This document shows positions 10,493 through 20,145 of a stretch of DNA of 55,509 nt, in pieces (position 1 is the first letter of the stretch; the number at the start of each line of letters is the position of its first letter). The translations under genes were made by a program, and so were the position numbers. The stretch spans positions 1-55,509 of the IMG/VR virus record IMGVR_UViG_3300046413_000510; one strand, 5' to 3'. This DNA is from a virus. Its lineage: Duplodnaviria > Caudoviricetes. Below the pieces are notes generated by a model. That model had not been told where the DNA came from. It searched no databases and saw nothing but the letters and a program-made list of their open reading frames with translations.

Positions 10493-10711
10493 TTATTTTA
10501 CTAAATCCTTAATTAAATTTTTTATTTCTCTTAATTCTGTCTTCAAATTATTTATCTCTCTACAAGCACCTTTAATCTGGTCACTTTGACTTTTTCTAGA
10601 TTCTCTTCTTTGCATATAAAGTTGATACTCGGTTACGTTTGTATTTACTATAGCATTTGAGTTTGTGTCTCTTACCATATTATCATAACCTTCTACTTTA
10701 ATTTTTGCCAT
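10493..10711 (-). CDS. Small conserved T4-like protein with C-terminal coiled coil
   Basis: MAKIKVEGYDNMVRDTNSNAIVN pattern, typical downstream of VrlC-like genes in marine myoviruses. Confidence 0.7.
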   Translation of the reverse strand: MAKIKVEGYDNMVRDTNSNAIVNTNVTEYQLYMQRRESRKSQSDQIKGACREINNLKTELREIKNLIKDLVK

Positions 10712-10712
10712 A

Positions 10713-13700
10713 TTATACCGCCAGAGCAATCGCTCTAAAATCTTTCAATCTAGCAGGATAAGCAGAGTTTGTTCCATTGAATACTACTTTAATTTGGAAT
10801 GATGTAAACTCTGGTAAATCTTTAACACTAAATTTGTAATCTTTGAAATCTCTATCAATAACTTGGTCGCCAGTTGAAGGAGCAATATTTGTATCGGAAG
10901 AACCATCTGTATTAAATGGTGTATATTCAATATCCTGAATACGTCTTGTTTCTTCACCACCTGTTAATCTGTAAAACATTTTAATAGATGAAGTTGACCT
11001 TACACTAGCCGCCACCCTTACTTCAATAGCAGTTGATGGATTTGCTAAACTTACAGGTTTAATTAAGTAAACACCTTCAGACGAACCACCCTCTGTTGCT
11101 GTATCATCTTCAAAATCAACCGTGTTGGCTAATTTTGCAACTATTTTTGAACCTGCAGCTGGAGCAGTTGTTAATGTTAATGTTGAACCTGAAACTTGAA
11201 AGTCATCTACTGGTGCTAATTTTTTACCTGATTTTTTAACAGCTAACAAGTGTACACTTGCCGGTGTACTTGATAATGTAAATGTAGCAGTAGAACCGTC
11301 ACCTGTAAATGTATCAGTTGATGTTACCGTAGGTTGATTTAATCTGTTTGAAATTGCAAAAGCATTACATCTTTTTAAATCAATTACAGGAGATACGTTA
11401 GCATTTTGTGTTGACATAGTTAAGTTAAGAAATAAAGATTTATTTCCAGTCATTTCATTTGTCTCATTTATTTGACTTACAACCATTCTAGGGTCTGTAA
11501 AATAAATATTATCTCCTAATACAACACTTCTTGCTTCTGAATTACTTGCCAATGCAAACGCTGTCTCTGAACCGTGAACTGAACGACCACTTGTTGTCCA
11601 CATTTGTGAAGTCAGATTTGTTCTAGGATGTAAAACGTGTCCGACTTGTAATTGCATAACGTTAAATTGTCTATTTTGTGAAGCAGTCACGGTAGCACCA
11701 CCAACATCACCTGTTGAAGTAGCGGCACTTGAAGCAGTAATATCATAACTATCTAAAGTTATGTTTGTAATAGTTGTATATGTTCCGTTAATATCAGAAT
11801 GTGGAATACCATTGTATGTTCCTGAAGCCAATCCTGCAATTGTCACGTTATCATTTGAACTATGCATACCGTGGTTTTTATGGAACACTCTAACAACATT
11901 TGAACCAGCAAATGTTCTAATTGGATTATTATCTAAAGTTTTAACTGGTAAACTACCATTACATAATGTTACCGTTCCTGAAGATGAGTTATCAAATACT
12001 GCCTTCTTCAAAGTTAACTTCATATCTTCCATTTGTTCAGCTGACCACGTTCTATTGTTAGCTGATTTGAATAAGACACCCATATTAGGTTGAGTTGATA
12101 CCGTTCTATTTGAACCAATTTGTTTTTCACCTAGTCTTGCCACATAAGCAGTATAATCTACCGAATCTGAATATAATACTAGAGCATACTCAACACCTTC
12201 TTGTAGATAGACAGGTGAGTCAAATGTAAATGTTGTAGCTGAACTTGCGTCTGTGCTTGTAGTTACCTGATTTGGATTAATCCATTTTAATCCGAAAGGT
12301 AGAATTTTTGTTCCTGGATAACCATTGACCATATTTCTTATTTCTGCTTTAACAGGAATAGTTTCCGATTTAGTTGCAAAGAAAACATCAACACTAGTAC
12401 AGAATATACCGTCTTCATCATCAACCATAAATGATTGAGCTAATGGGTCACCATCACCTCCTCCACCTCTATCATTATCATTACCACCTCTATCAGGTGG
12501 TTGTCTTCTTGCAATAACTCTACTTGCCGTTCTAGTAATTGTTCTATTTGATGTGGTAGTTTGTCTTACCGTTCTTGCTTCTCTACTAGCAATAATAGCT
12601 TCTTGCGTTGTTTCTAACAATCCTTTTGCGTCATAATCACCTTCAGCTGAAGTTGCAACGGCTCTTCTATCTGTACTATTTGTAGATGAACTAGATAATC
12701 TGAATACTCTTTTTCCTGTTCGCCATTTTGGTTTAGTTGTATCATTAGGGTCAGGTATTGCAAAAACACCTTTTACATAACCTGTTGAATCTGTAATTAA
12801 GTTTCCTCCTAACGAACCACCATCTGGTGTCACATAAGTTGCTACTGCAATTTCATCAAAGAAAGGAAATACTTTTGTATTAGGTCTCATACCATAAGCT
12901 TGGAATGTTACCTCTCTACTTCTTATAAATGGTACAAAGTTTACAGATATAACTCTACTACCTAAACTTTGTCTTAAAGTTTGAGGAACTATTGTTGTTC
13001 TTATACCACTTCTAACTTGACCAACATCTGTATTTGTTGTTTGAACTAAATCTCTGCCTTGCCAACTTTGATTAGACCTTGGATTACCTGACCATTGGTC
13101 TTGCCATTCATTCCAAACGGTACCAACTGGTATTTCTGAAATACTTGTATTATCTAAACCTCTTTGAATTGCCATAATATCAAAAGAACCATTTACGTTT
13201 GCAACTATTTCAGGAGCAACTCTTGTTTCTTTCCATTCATCAACTGGCGGGTCTAAATCAATATCACCAATCCAATCAAATATTAAGAAAGGATTTAAGT
13301 TTTCTGTTTTAGTTGCAAAAGGTTGAGTGATGTATGCTGTTTCAGTATAAGGTAATGTAATTAAATCACCAGTTTTTTGATAGTTTGCGTCTGTTCTATC
13401 ACCTGCTGTAATTGCTGAACCATCATCATCTGATTCTGCTAATTCAATTACGTCTTCATTAAAATATGTTCTTGCCTCACCTCTTGCCATATCAATAGAT
13501 AATTTGTAATCATTGTTAGCTACATCACCAACATTGTGTCCTGTGAAGTTGTCAACAACAAAACCATTTTTAAATCTATCAAAACCATCACTATCTTGTA
13601 TTTGTAAAGATTGTGCGTCAGCTTCTAATAAAGAGAGTTGAGTATAATACTCCATATTTTTAATTCTTTTTTCTAAAGAACCAATATCTCTCATTGTATA

Positions 13701-16700
13701 TCTTCTATTATCTTCAGCTTCAACATCAACGTCATCCGTTCTCAAAGTATAAGAAGGAACATTTACCGTTGCCATTAACATATGACCATCTAAATCTGCT
13801 GGTGATAATGGGTTTAAATCAGACGAACCTTTTACCGTTCTTAATTGGCCTTCTCTTGTCAAGAAAATTTTATCTATTCTGTTTAGATAAAATTCTAAAT
13901 CTGAAGTAATATCTGAATTGAATTTTGGTATGTCAACACTTGAAGCACCTGTGCCATCATAAGACCTAGCGACTAAATCTGAAGTAATTGTACTGGCGTC
14001 ATCTACTCTTGGTCTAAAATCTAAAGTGTCTCTTAATTCATAACTTTCACCTGTTGTATCTGAAACATAATTAGGTATTAATTCGTAATTAACAACACCT
14101 GAATATGAGTCAACATCAAAATAATCTCCAGAACCGTGAGAAAAGAAATCAAAGTTAACTAACAATTGACCTGTTGGTCTAATAGCACCTGGTTTTAATT
14201 TTAATCTACCAATGTCATAGAAGTTATCTCTTTGACCGTTGTCTAAATCAAATCTGTTTGTAATATCTGTATCTGAAGCACTTGCAGCTGAACCAAATCC
14301 ACCAGACATATAAACATTATTGATTTTAAAAATATCAGCTTTGCCTAAACCTATTGTACCACTTTCAATTGTTTGTTGACTAGATATGTTTACCGTTTGA
14401 GCACTATTTAAACTTTTTGTTTTAGAACCTGCAACCGCTCTACTGACCGTTGCAATAATTTTAATTTTATGTCCAGCAAAGTTAGCACCAAAATCTAGGT
14501 TTAAAGTTTTACCTGTAGGTGAACCTGTTAGATTGAATATTGAATCGCCTTCGTGATTACTACCTGTTAAGTTTAGTGTATCTCCAACTGCACCAGTAGA
14601 ACCTGAACCGGTAGTCATAACAGATACAGAGAAGTCACTATTTGATAATGAAGCAAATGTTTCGTTTGTACCCGCTGAAATAGTTGCGTCACCATTTGAA
14701 GATAGTGTTGAAGTAAATTGTCTTCTTACTTGAAAGTTAGTATCAGTTAAACCAGAGTTAGAAGTTGTTTTTAAAGTCTTGATTGTTTTATATGGTAACT
14801 TAAACAATAAAATATTGTTTTCTGGTTTTTGTAATTTTGCTCTTTTTCTTGTCACAACGGTAGCAGTTGATACATCAGCAGCTCCCACATTGGCAGTTAA
14901 AGTTGCTTCTGCTTGTGAAACTATATTTTTAATTACTGCATTAACGGTAACACCGGCGTCATTTGTAAATGATATATTATCATTGATTTTTAAATCAACA
15001 TTAAAGTTTGTACCTTTACCTAATAGTTGTGCCGAACTATTTGCAATAGAAACGTTACCTTGAATATTTACGTGTTGAGAAAACGTAGCAGACAAATCAA
15101 CATCAGCTGTATAAGGAGGTGTTCCTGGCATACCAATTTGTTTAGTTGATGATATATCTTTTGTTATAACACCTCTTCTACCTAAAGAATCTGATTGAAT
15201 ATTTGCTGAAGCACTTGACGATTGACCTGTTACCGTTTCTCCTGCAATAAATGTTCCTTGAACATTAGATAAAATTAATACTCCGTGTAATATTGTAGGT
15301 GGTGATGTGTATGAGGTAACATTTACTGCGTCTCTACCACTAGCACTATACAATTCAAAAGTATTTGTTGTAGCATTTCTAACTGAATAAATTCCTGGAG
15401 TATATGCTGAACTATCTACTTGAAAATCGCCACCTGATAAATTTATTTGTTGACCATCTACTAATCCGTGGCCGTTTAATGTCACAACACCTGGACTTGC
15501 AACACTAATTGCTGAAGCCGGAGAAAATGTGTGGTCTACTGATATGAATTGAACAATACCACTTGCGTTAGAAACTGCACCATTAACAATTTCACCATCT
15601 GTAAATTGCATAACAGGCATACTTGTTAAATTTAAGTGTGTAAACATTTCAACATCAAAAATATAATGACGCCAAATACCATCTGTATTAAATATGTCAT
15701 TAGTTTCAGAACCACTTACATATTGGAAACCTCTACTCTTAGCACGACCAATTTGTGGAACATCAAAACCTACAACTGCATTTTCTGTACCTCTAACTGA
15801 AGTTGCTCTGTCGTATAAATTAATTGCTTTAAAAGGTTCTACATCACCAGAAACAAATCCTACATCTGGCGAACCATAAACATTATTGACATTAAAATAA
15901 TTATCTACTTCAAATCTTGTTTTGTTATTATTACCTGTATCAAAGTCTCTTGCTTTGTCTATATCAACAAAAGTTGTACCTAATCTTTGTGATTCATAAC
16001 CGTTTACGTAAGCTTTAAAAGGCGATACACCTATTGCTAGTTTAGTTGCAAGACCACCATCAGCTGCTGAAAAAACTCCTCTATTATCACCAGAGGCTAA
16101 ATGTTCTCTAACATCATAATCAGGATTAGTTAAAACATAATCACCTGATTCGTCAAATGTTCTTCTAGCTAATGTTTCTTCTAATATGGCATACTCGGTC
16201 TCTCTGACCATAGTTTGAATAACACCATTATCAACTCTTGATATTTCGTAAAAATTATTATCATCAGCAGAAGCTAAAGTTTTCTTTGTTAAACCTAATT
16301 GTATTTTAAATCTATGAGCACCTGGAGCATTCGTGTTTGATACACCTTGAGCATTATCATTTAAAGTATTGTCATCATTAGGTGTCACAAAACTTTCTGT
16401 AATTGTTAAACCTATTCTGTATGATGGTGTGTTTGTGTATTTGTCTAATACTAAAGTTGAAGTATCAACACCTACAAAAAATCCATTTATATAATAAGTA
16501 CCTGCTTGTATAGCTGCAGCTGAACCAATGTGTGTCGTAGCAACAACGCAAGTCGGAGTACCTGAACCATCTGAAGTTAATGTTTCTCCGTCTGTAAAAA
16601 TTATTGAAGTATTATTAGTACCAGCTTTATTATACTTTACAAATAAAGTGTCGGGGTCTGTACCATCTGTAGCAGAAACACCAACTACTTTTGCTGTCAC

Positions 16701-17003
16701 ACCTGAAGTACCACCTGTTAGTGTAGTATTATTATAATCGCTAAGTGATGAAGCTGATTTTGAAGTTAATTTTATTGATTCGTAATTAGTGTCAATAGAA
16801 ACTTGACCAGGAATAACCATAGCTCCTTGTTTGAACATATGGTCACCAAATTTTTCAATTTGGTTTTGTAAAATCGTTTGTGATTGTGTTAACTCTCTCG
16901 CTTGTACGGCAAATGCTGGTCTAAAAAGTATTCTATGAAACTTTTTACTTTCAGCAAAATCATCATAATAGGGCGATAAGTTAAAATCAGTTGGACTTGG
17001 CAT
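10713..17003 (-). CDS. Large virion structural protein, VrlC/DUF4815-like (2096 aa)
   Basis: SPYYDDF...ILFRP...VQARELTQ N-terminus, RRTFDESGDY, RYTMRDIG, DRFKNGFVVDNF, DPLAQSF, C-terminal DFRAIALA. Confidence 0.88.
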   Translation of the reverse strand: MPSPTDFNLSPYYDDFAESKKFHRILFRPAFAVQARELTQSQTILQNQIEKFGDHMFKQGAMVIPGQVSIDTNYESIKLTSKSASSLSDYNNTTLTGGTSGVTAKVVGVSATDGTDPDTLFVKYNKAGTNNTSIIFTDGETLTSDGSGTPTCVVATTHIGSAAAIQAGTYYINGFFVGVDTSTLVLDKYTNTPSYRIGLTITESFVTPNDDNTLNDNAQGVSNTNAPGAHRFKIQLGLTKKTLASADDNNFYEISRVDNGVIQTMVRETEYAILEETLARRTFDESGDYVLTNPDYDVREHLASGDNRGVFSAADGGLATKLAIGVSPFKAYVNGYESQRLGTTFVDIDKARDFDTGNNNKTRFEVDNYFNVNNVYGSPDVGFVSGDVEPFKAINLYDRATSVRGTENAVVGFDVPQIGRAKSRGFQYVSGSETNDIFNTDGIWRHYIFDVEMFTHLNLTSMPVMQFTDGEIVNGAVSNASGIVQFISVDHTFSPASAISVASPGVVTLNGHGLVDGQQINLSGGDFQVDSSAYTPGIYSVRNATTNTFELYSASGRDAVNVTSYTSPPTILHGVLILSNVQGTFIAGETVTGQSSSASANIQSDSLGRRGVITKDISSTKQIGMPGTPPYTADVDLSATFSQHVNIQGNVSIANSSAQLLGKGTNFNVDLKINDNISFTNDAGVTVNAVIKNIVSQAEATLTANVGAADVSTATVVTRKRAKLQKPENNILLFKLPYKTIKTLKTTSNSGLTDTNFQVRRQFTSTLSSNGDATISAGTNETFASLSNSDFSVSVMTTGSGSTGAVGDTLNLTGSNHEGDSIFNLTGSPTGKTLNLDFGANFAGHKIKIIATVSRAVAGSKTKSLNSAQTVNISSQQTIESGTIGLGKADIFKINNVYMSGGFGSAASASDTDITNRFDLDNGQRDNFYDIGRLKLKPGAIRPTGQLLVNFDFFSHGSGDYFDVDSYSGVVNYELIPNYVSDTTGESYELRDTLDFRPRVDDASTITSDLVARSYDGTGASSVDIPKFNSDITSDLEFYLNRIDKIFLTREGQLRTVKGSSDLNPLSPADLDGHMLMATVNVPSYTLRTDDVDVEAEDNRRYTMRDIGSLEKRIKNMEYYTQLSLLEADAQSLQIQDSDGFDRFKNGFVVDNFTGHNVGDVANNDYKLSIDMARGEARTYFNEDVIELAESDDDGSAITAGDRTDANYQKTGDLITLPYTETAYITQPFATKTENLNPFLIFDWIGDIDLDPPVDEWKETRVAPEIVANVNGSFDIMAIQRGLDNTSISEIPVGTVWNEWQDQWSGNPRSNQSWQGRDLVQTTNTDVGQVRSGIRTTIVPQTLRQSLGSRVISVNFVPFIRSREVTFQAYGMRPNTKVFPFFDEIAVATYVTPDGGSLGGNLITDSTGYVKGVFAIPDPNDTTKPKWRTGKRVFRLSSSSTNSTDRRAVATSAEGDYDAKGLLETTQEAIIASREARTVRQTTTSNRTITRTASRVIARRQPPDRGGNDNDRGGGGDGDPLAQSFMVDDEDGIFCTSVDVFFATKSETIPVKAEIRNMVNGYPGTKILPFGLKWINPNQVTTSTDASSATTFTFDSPVYLQEGVEYALVLYSDSVDYTAYVARLGEKQIGSNRTVSTQPNMGVLFKSANNRTWSAEQMEDMKLTLKKAVFDNSSSGTVTLCNGSLPVKTLDNNPIRTFAGSNVVRVFHKNHGMHSSNDNVTIAGLASGTYNGIPHSDINGTYTTITNITLDSYDITASSAATSTGDVGGATVTASQNRQFNVMQLQVGHVLHPRTNLTSQMWTTSGRSVHGSETAFALASNSEARSVVLGDNIYFTDPRMVVSQINETNEMTGNKSLFLNLTMSTQNANVSPVIDLKRCNAFAISNRLNQPTVTSTDTFTGDGSTATFTLSSTPASVHLLAVKKSGKKLAPVDDFQVSGSTLTLTTAPAAGSKIVAKLANTVDFEDDTATEGGSSEGVYLIKPVSLANPSTAIEVRVAASVRSTSSIKMFYRLTGGEETRRIQDIEYTPFNTDGSSDTNIAPSTGDQVIDRDFKDYKFSVKDLPEFTSFQIKVVFNGTNSAYPARLKDFRAIALAV

Positions 17004-17017
17004 AGTCTGATATCCCC

Positions 17018-18481
17018 TTAAAATTCAATAATCAGTTTAATATTCTCTGTCTGGTCTGCCGCTCTTGTTATTGGCGCTCTGTTTTCTACGTATAAAACAT
17101 CACCTGAATCGTGGTCTAATTCTGGCACAGAATATCCTGAATTGAATACTACATTGTTCGTTGTTGCTGAATGACTAGTATCAGGTGTTGCGCTGCCTGA
17201 AGTCGCTCCGCTGATTACGTTAGCTGCACTAAAGGCTACTTTATTTCCATTTGTATCAATACCTTCATTTGAATGTCTTGTTTGAACATAATATAAAATT
17301 GCATTTGTAGAGTCCCACTCTACAACTTTACCAACTGCACCTGTTGTTGCTTGTGTAATTTTATCATCAATTGCAAAACTTCCAGATACACCTGTTAATT
17401 TAATAGCAGACGTAGCTCTTAATGTTGAAGCACTTGCAGCTGAACCACCCGATTTAGGGTCTTTAATCATACATACTCTTCTAAAGTCATTAGCTACTGA
17501 AACGTCACCAGAGTTTGCTGATTCTGTTCCTTCTAAACTTGTATTAGTCATTACAAAGAAAGCACCGATTTCTTCTATTGCGTTAAAACCGTGGCCACCT
17601 TTTGGAGGAATAATTACATCTAATTCTGCACCAACTAAATTAGTTGCACCAGCAGCTACTATTTGAGCATTACTGATTGTTGCAAAAGTATAACCTGTTC
17701 CTGCTGTGGTCACCGTTACCGCTGTGACTGCACCTGAAGTAACCGTGACTGAAACTTTACCACCAGAACCATCGCCTCTAATATCAATGTTTGTGTGTGT
17801 ACCATCAGTACCACCAGAGCCGGCAGTTTTAATTTTGATAATGTCAATTGCGCCATCTACTGCGTTTGATGAAACTGAAGTATTTGTTGATACTGGCATA
17901 AAATCTGTTGAAAGGAAATTTGATTGCTCTGAAGCAGAAAGTGTGTACATATATTTCCACTTATAACCATCAGCAGTTGATAGAATTGTTGAAGCATTTG
18001 TGCCAGTTGGTTCTACCGTTGAAGCTGTGTTATTGTCATTATCTAAACACTTGTAAACATTTCTAGCAGAATTCATTACATAGAAACTTGCGTCAAATAT
18101 ATTAAATACACCACTATTAGCCGATTGTAGAGTAGTTGTGCCAGTTATTCTTTCTCCATAATCGTGTCTATAAATGTCATAAGTTGTACCTGTGACCCAA
18201 TTTCTTCTAGGTGCTACAAAAGCAACATCTGTTGCTGTAATTTTCTTAGCAGCCAATAAATCATCATAAGTAAATGATTCTGAATTTATGTTATCTGCTG
18301 GTGTAATAGGTAATACATCTGTACCTAAATTATCTGTTCTACTATCACCTCTAGTTGATGTAGTAAATGGTAAAGACCTACCAATACCTAGATAATATAC
18401 GTTTCCTGCAGCTTCAGAAAAAGATTCCTGAAATTGCTTGGAATTGTGTATTCTAAACTTATTTGTTATAATTGCTGGCAT
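17018..18481 (-). CDS. gp8: Baseplate wedge protein gp8
   Basis: MPAIITNKFR, RRNW..G..YDIYRHDY, VYKCLDN, DGYKWKYMY, YVENRAPITRAADQTENIKLIIEF. Confidence 0.9.
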   Translation of the reverse strand: MPAIITNKFRIHNSKQFQESFSEAAGNVYYLGIGRSLPFTTSTRGDSRTDNLGTDVLPITPADNINSESFTYDDLLAAKKITATDVAFVAPRRNWVTGTTYDIYRHDYGERITGTTTLQSANSGVFNIFDASFYVMNSARNVYKCLDNDNNTASTVEPTGTNASTILSTADGYKWKYMYTLSASEQSNFLSTDFMPVSTNTSVSSNAVDGAIDIIKIKTAGSGGTDGTHTNIDIRGDGSGGKVSVTVTSGAVTAVTVTTAGTGYTFATISNAQIVAAGATNLVGAELDVIIPPKGGHGFNAIEEIGAFFVMTNTSLEGTESANSGDVSVANDFRRVCMIKDPKSGGSAASASTLRATSAIKLTGVSGSFAIDDKITQATTGAVGKVVEWDSTNAILYYVQTRHSNEGIDTNGNKVAFSAANVISGATSGSATPDTSHSATTNNVVFNSGYSVPELDHDSGDVLYVENRAPITRAADQTENIKLIIEF

Positions 18482-18500
18482 ATTTGTTTTCCTTAATCAA

Positions 18501-18508
18501 TATTTATA
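18501..18508 (-). promoter_or_regulatory. T4-type late promoter (gp8)
   Basis: TATAAATA 19 nt upstream of the ATG. Confidence 0.75.
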
Positions 18509-18518
18509 AGACTTCTCA

Positions 18519-20114
18519 CTATGTTATGTTAATTGTTCCGTTCATACCGCCGTGTGCTGTACATTGGTAATAAAGAGTTGCTGGAGTATCCATAGATACG
18601 TGAAATATGATTGCTCCTGAATTAGCTGCATTATTGGTAACTCCTGTATTATAAGCAGTACCACCGGTTCCTGTTGTTGATTGTATTCTAAATGGGTGTG
18701 AACCACCTGAATTATTAATAAAATAGTATGTATTACCTTTTTTCAAGTGTAAAGTAGGGTTATCACCTGAAGTTGAAGGGAAACCTGCACCTGTAAATAG
18801 ATAAGCACTTGAACCGTTTGCTGTGACTAGTAATTGTGAAACTGGTGTTGTTGCTTGTACCCAAGCAGAACCATTATAAACTAATGTGTGACCTGCAACC
18901 GGTGATGAATTGGTTACATCTGATAAATCATTTAGAGCAGAAGCGCCACCAGTAATAGTAATTGTTTTAGTTGCACCTGAACCAGTAGCGGTTACAGCAG
19001 AACCTACAAAATTCAATGTTGAAGCTGCTGTTGATAATGATGAACCTTCTTCTTGAATTGTTAGAGAAGACCCACCTGATTCAGCTGATGGTTCAAAACG
19101 ACCATTTCCTGATACCCATTTTAGAACATCACCATTTGAAATACCTGTTATGGTTACGTTAGTGTGTCTTTCAACACCATCATTCTCTGTTAACAATCTT
19201 ATATAACCTGATTGTGAAGCAACGTAAGGTACTAAACCTGTTTCTTCAAGAGCAAATAGTCCTGAATAATTTGCGTAATTAGGAAAACTTGCAAAGTTAG
19301 CAAAGTTACCTCTGACTTTAGAACCTGAACCTGTTGTATCAATAGTACCTGTTCCTGATAGTGAAGATGTACCAGATAGGTTAAAGTTTCCTGCTGATGA
19401 TAAAGTACCACCTAATGAAATTGAACTATTACCAATTGTAATACTAGAGTTAGCTAAATTAGCATTTGTAATTCCAGCAGAACCAGATAAATCAGAGTTT
19501 GATAAATTTGATACGTTTAGAGTTACCGTATTACCTGTAACCGAACTTGATACTGAACCAGTACCTAAAATTGATAATGTTTCACCTAAACTTACAACAT
19601 CTGTTGTTGACGTATTATCTCTAATTGTAAAACCAGAATTTGTTAGTGAGTTATTTCCAATATTTGTAAATGTGTTTAAAGACCCATTCATTGACTTATT
19701 AGTCAAAGTTTGTGTTTGGTCAGTTGAAGCAAAATCTGTTCCAGTTATTGCTGTATTGAATTCTGTTAGTGTACCTGTGACGGTATTATTAGTTAATGAG
19801 ATTGACTTATTTGTAAGAGTTGCCGAAGCAGTTGCTGTTAATACTGAAGAGTTAACTGATATTTGTAATTTACCACTTGCTATAGCAGTATCAATACCTA
19901 AACCACCAGTCACCGTAATAGGTTGACCAATGTTGGCTCTTAAAACCGTTGATGTGTCATCTGCAAAATCAATGTAAGGTTTTAAGTTAGTACCATCACC
20001 AAGATTCGTGTAAATCTCGTTGAAGTTATTGTTAATGATAGTACCACCGGTACGTAGGTTTGAACCTGTTCCGTCATTCGGTGAACTTCCTAAATTTAGT
20101 GTACTTTTTGGCAT
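18519..20114 (-). CDS. gp9/gp10-like baseplate tail-fibre connector with C-terminal cupredoxin-like domain
   Basis: N-terminal NLGSSPNDGTGSNLRTGG..INNNFNEIY is the gp9/gp10-type domain. TLTNK repeats. C-terminal SHPF...YYQCTAHGGM. Confidence 0.7.
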   Translation of the reverse strand: MPKSTLNLGSSPNDGTGSNLRTGGTIINNNFNEIYTNLGDGTNLKPYIDFADDTSTVLRANIGQPITVTGGLGIDTAIASGKLQISVNSSVLTATASATLTNKSISLTNNTVTGTLTEFNTAITGTDFASTDQTQTLTNKSMNGSLNTFTNIGNNSLTNSGFTIRDNTSTTDVVSLGETLSILGTGSVSSSVTGNTVTLNVSNLSNSDLSGSAGITNANLANSSITIGNSSISLGGTLSSAGNFNLSGTSSLSGTGTIDTTGSGSKVRGNFANFASFPNYANYSGLFALEETGLVPYVASQSGYIRLLTENDGVERHTNVTITGISNGDVLKWVSGNGRFEPSAESGGSSLTIQEEGSSLSTAASTLNFVGSAVTATGSGATKTITITGGASALNDLSDVTNSSPVAGHTLVYNGSAWVQATTPVSQLLVTANGSSAYLFTGAGFPSTSGDNPTLHLKKGNTYYFINNSGGSHPFRIQSTTGTGGTAYNTGVTNNAANSGAIIFHVSMDTPATLYYQCTAHGGMNGTINIT

Positions 20115-20130
20115 ATTTAAATCTCTCTAC

Positions 20131-20138
20131 TATTTATA
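20131..20138 (-). promoter_or_regulatory. T4-type late promoter (gp9-like)
   Basis: Intergenic TATAAATA. Confidence 0.75.
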
Positions 20139-20145
20139 ATCATTT

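Noticed and set aside
12440-12505. DRGGNDNDRGGGGDG low-complexity repeat in the VrlC-like gene
   Set aside because: A short in-frame linker before the conserved DPLAQSF motif. No sign of a DGR or phase-variable tract.
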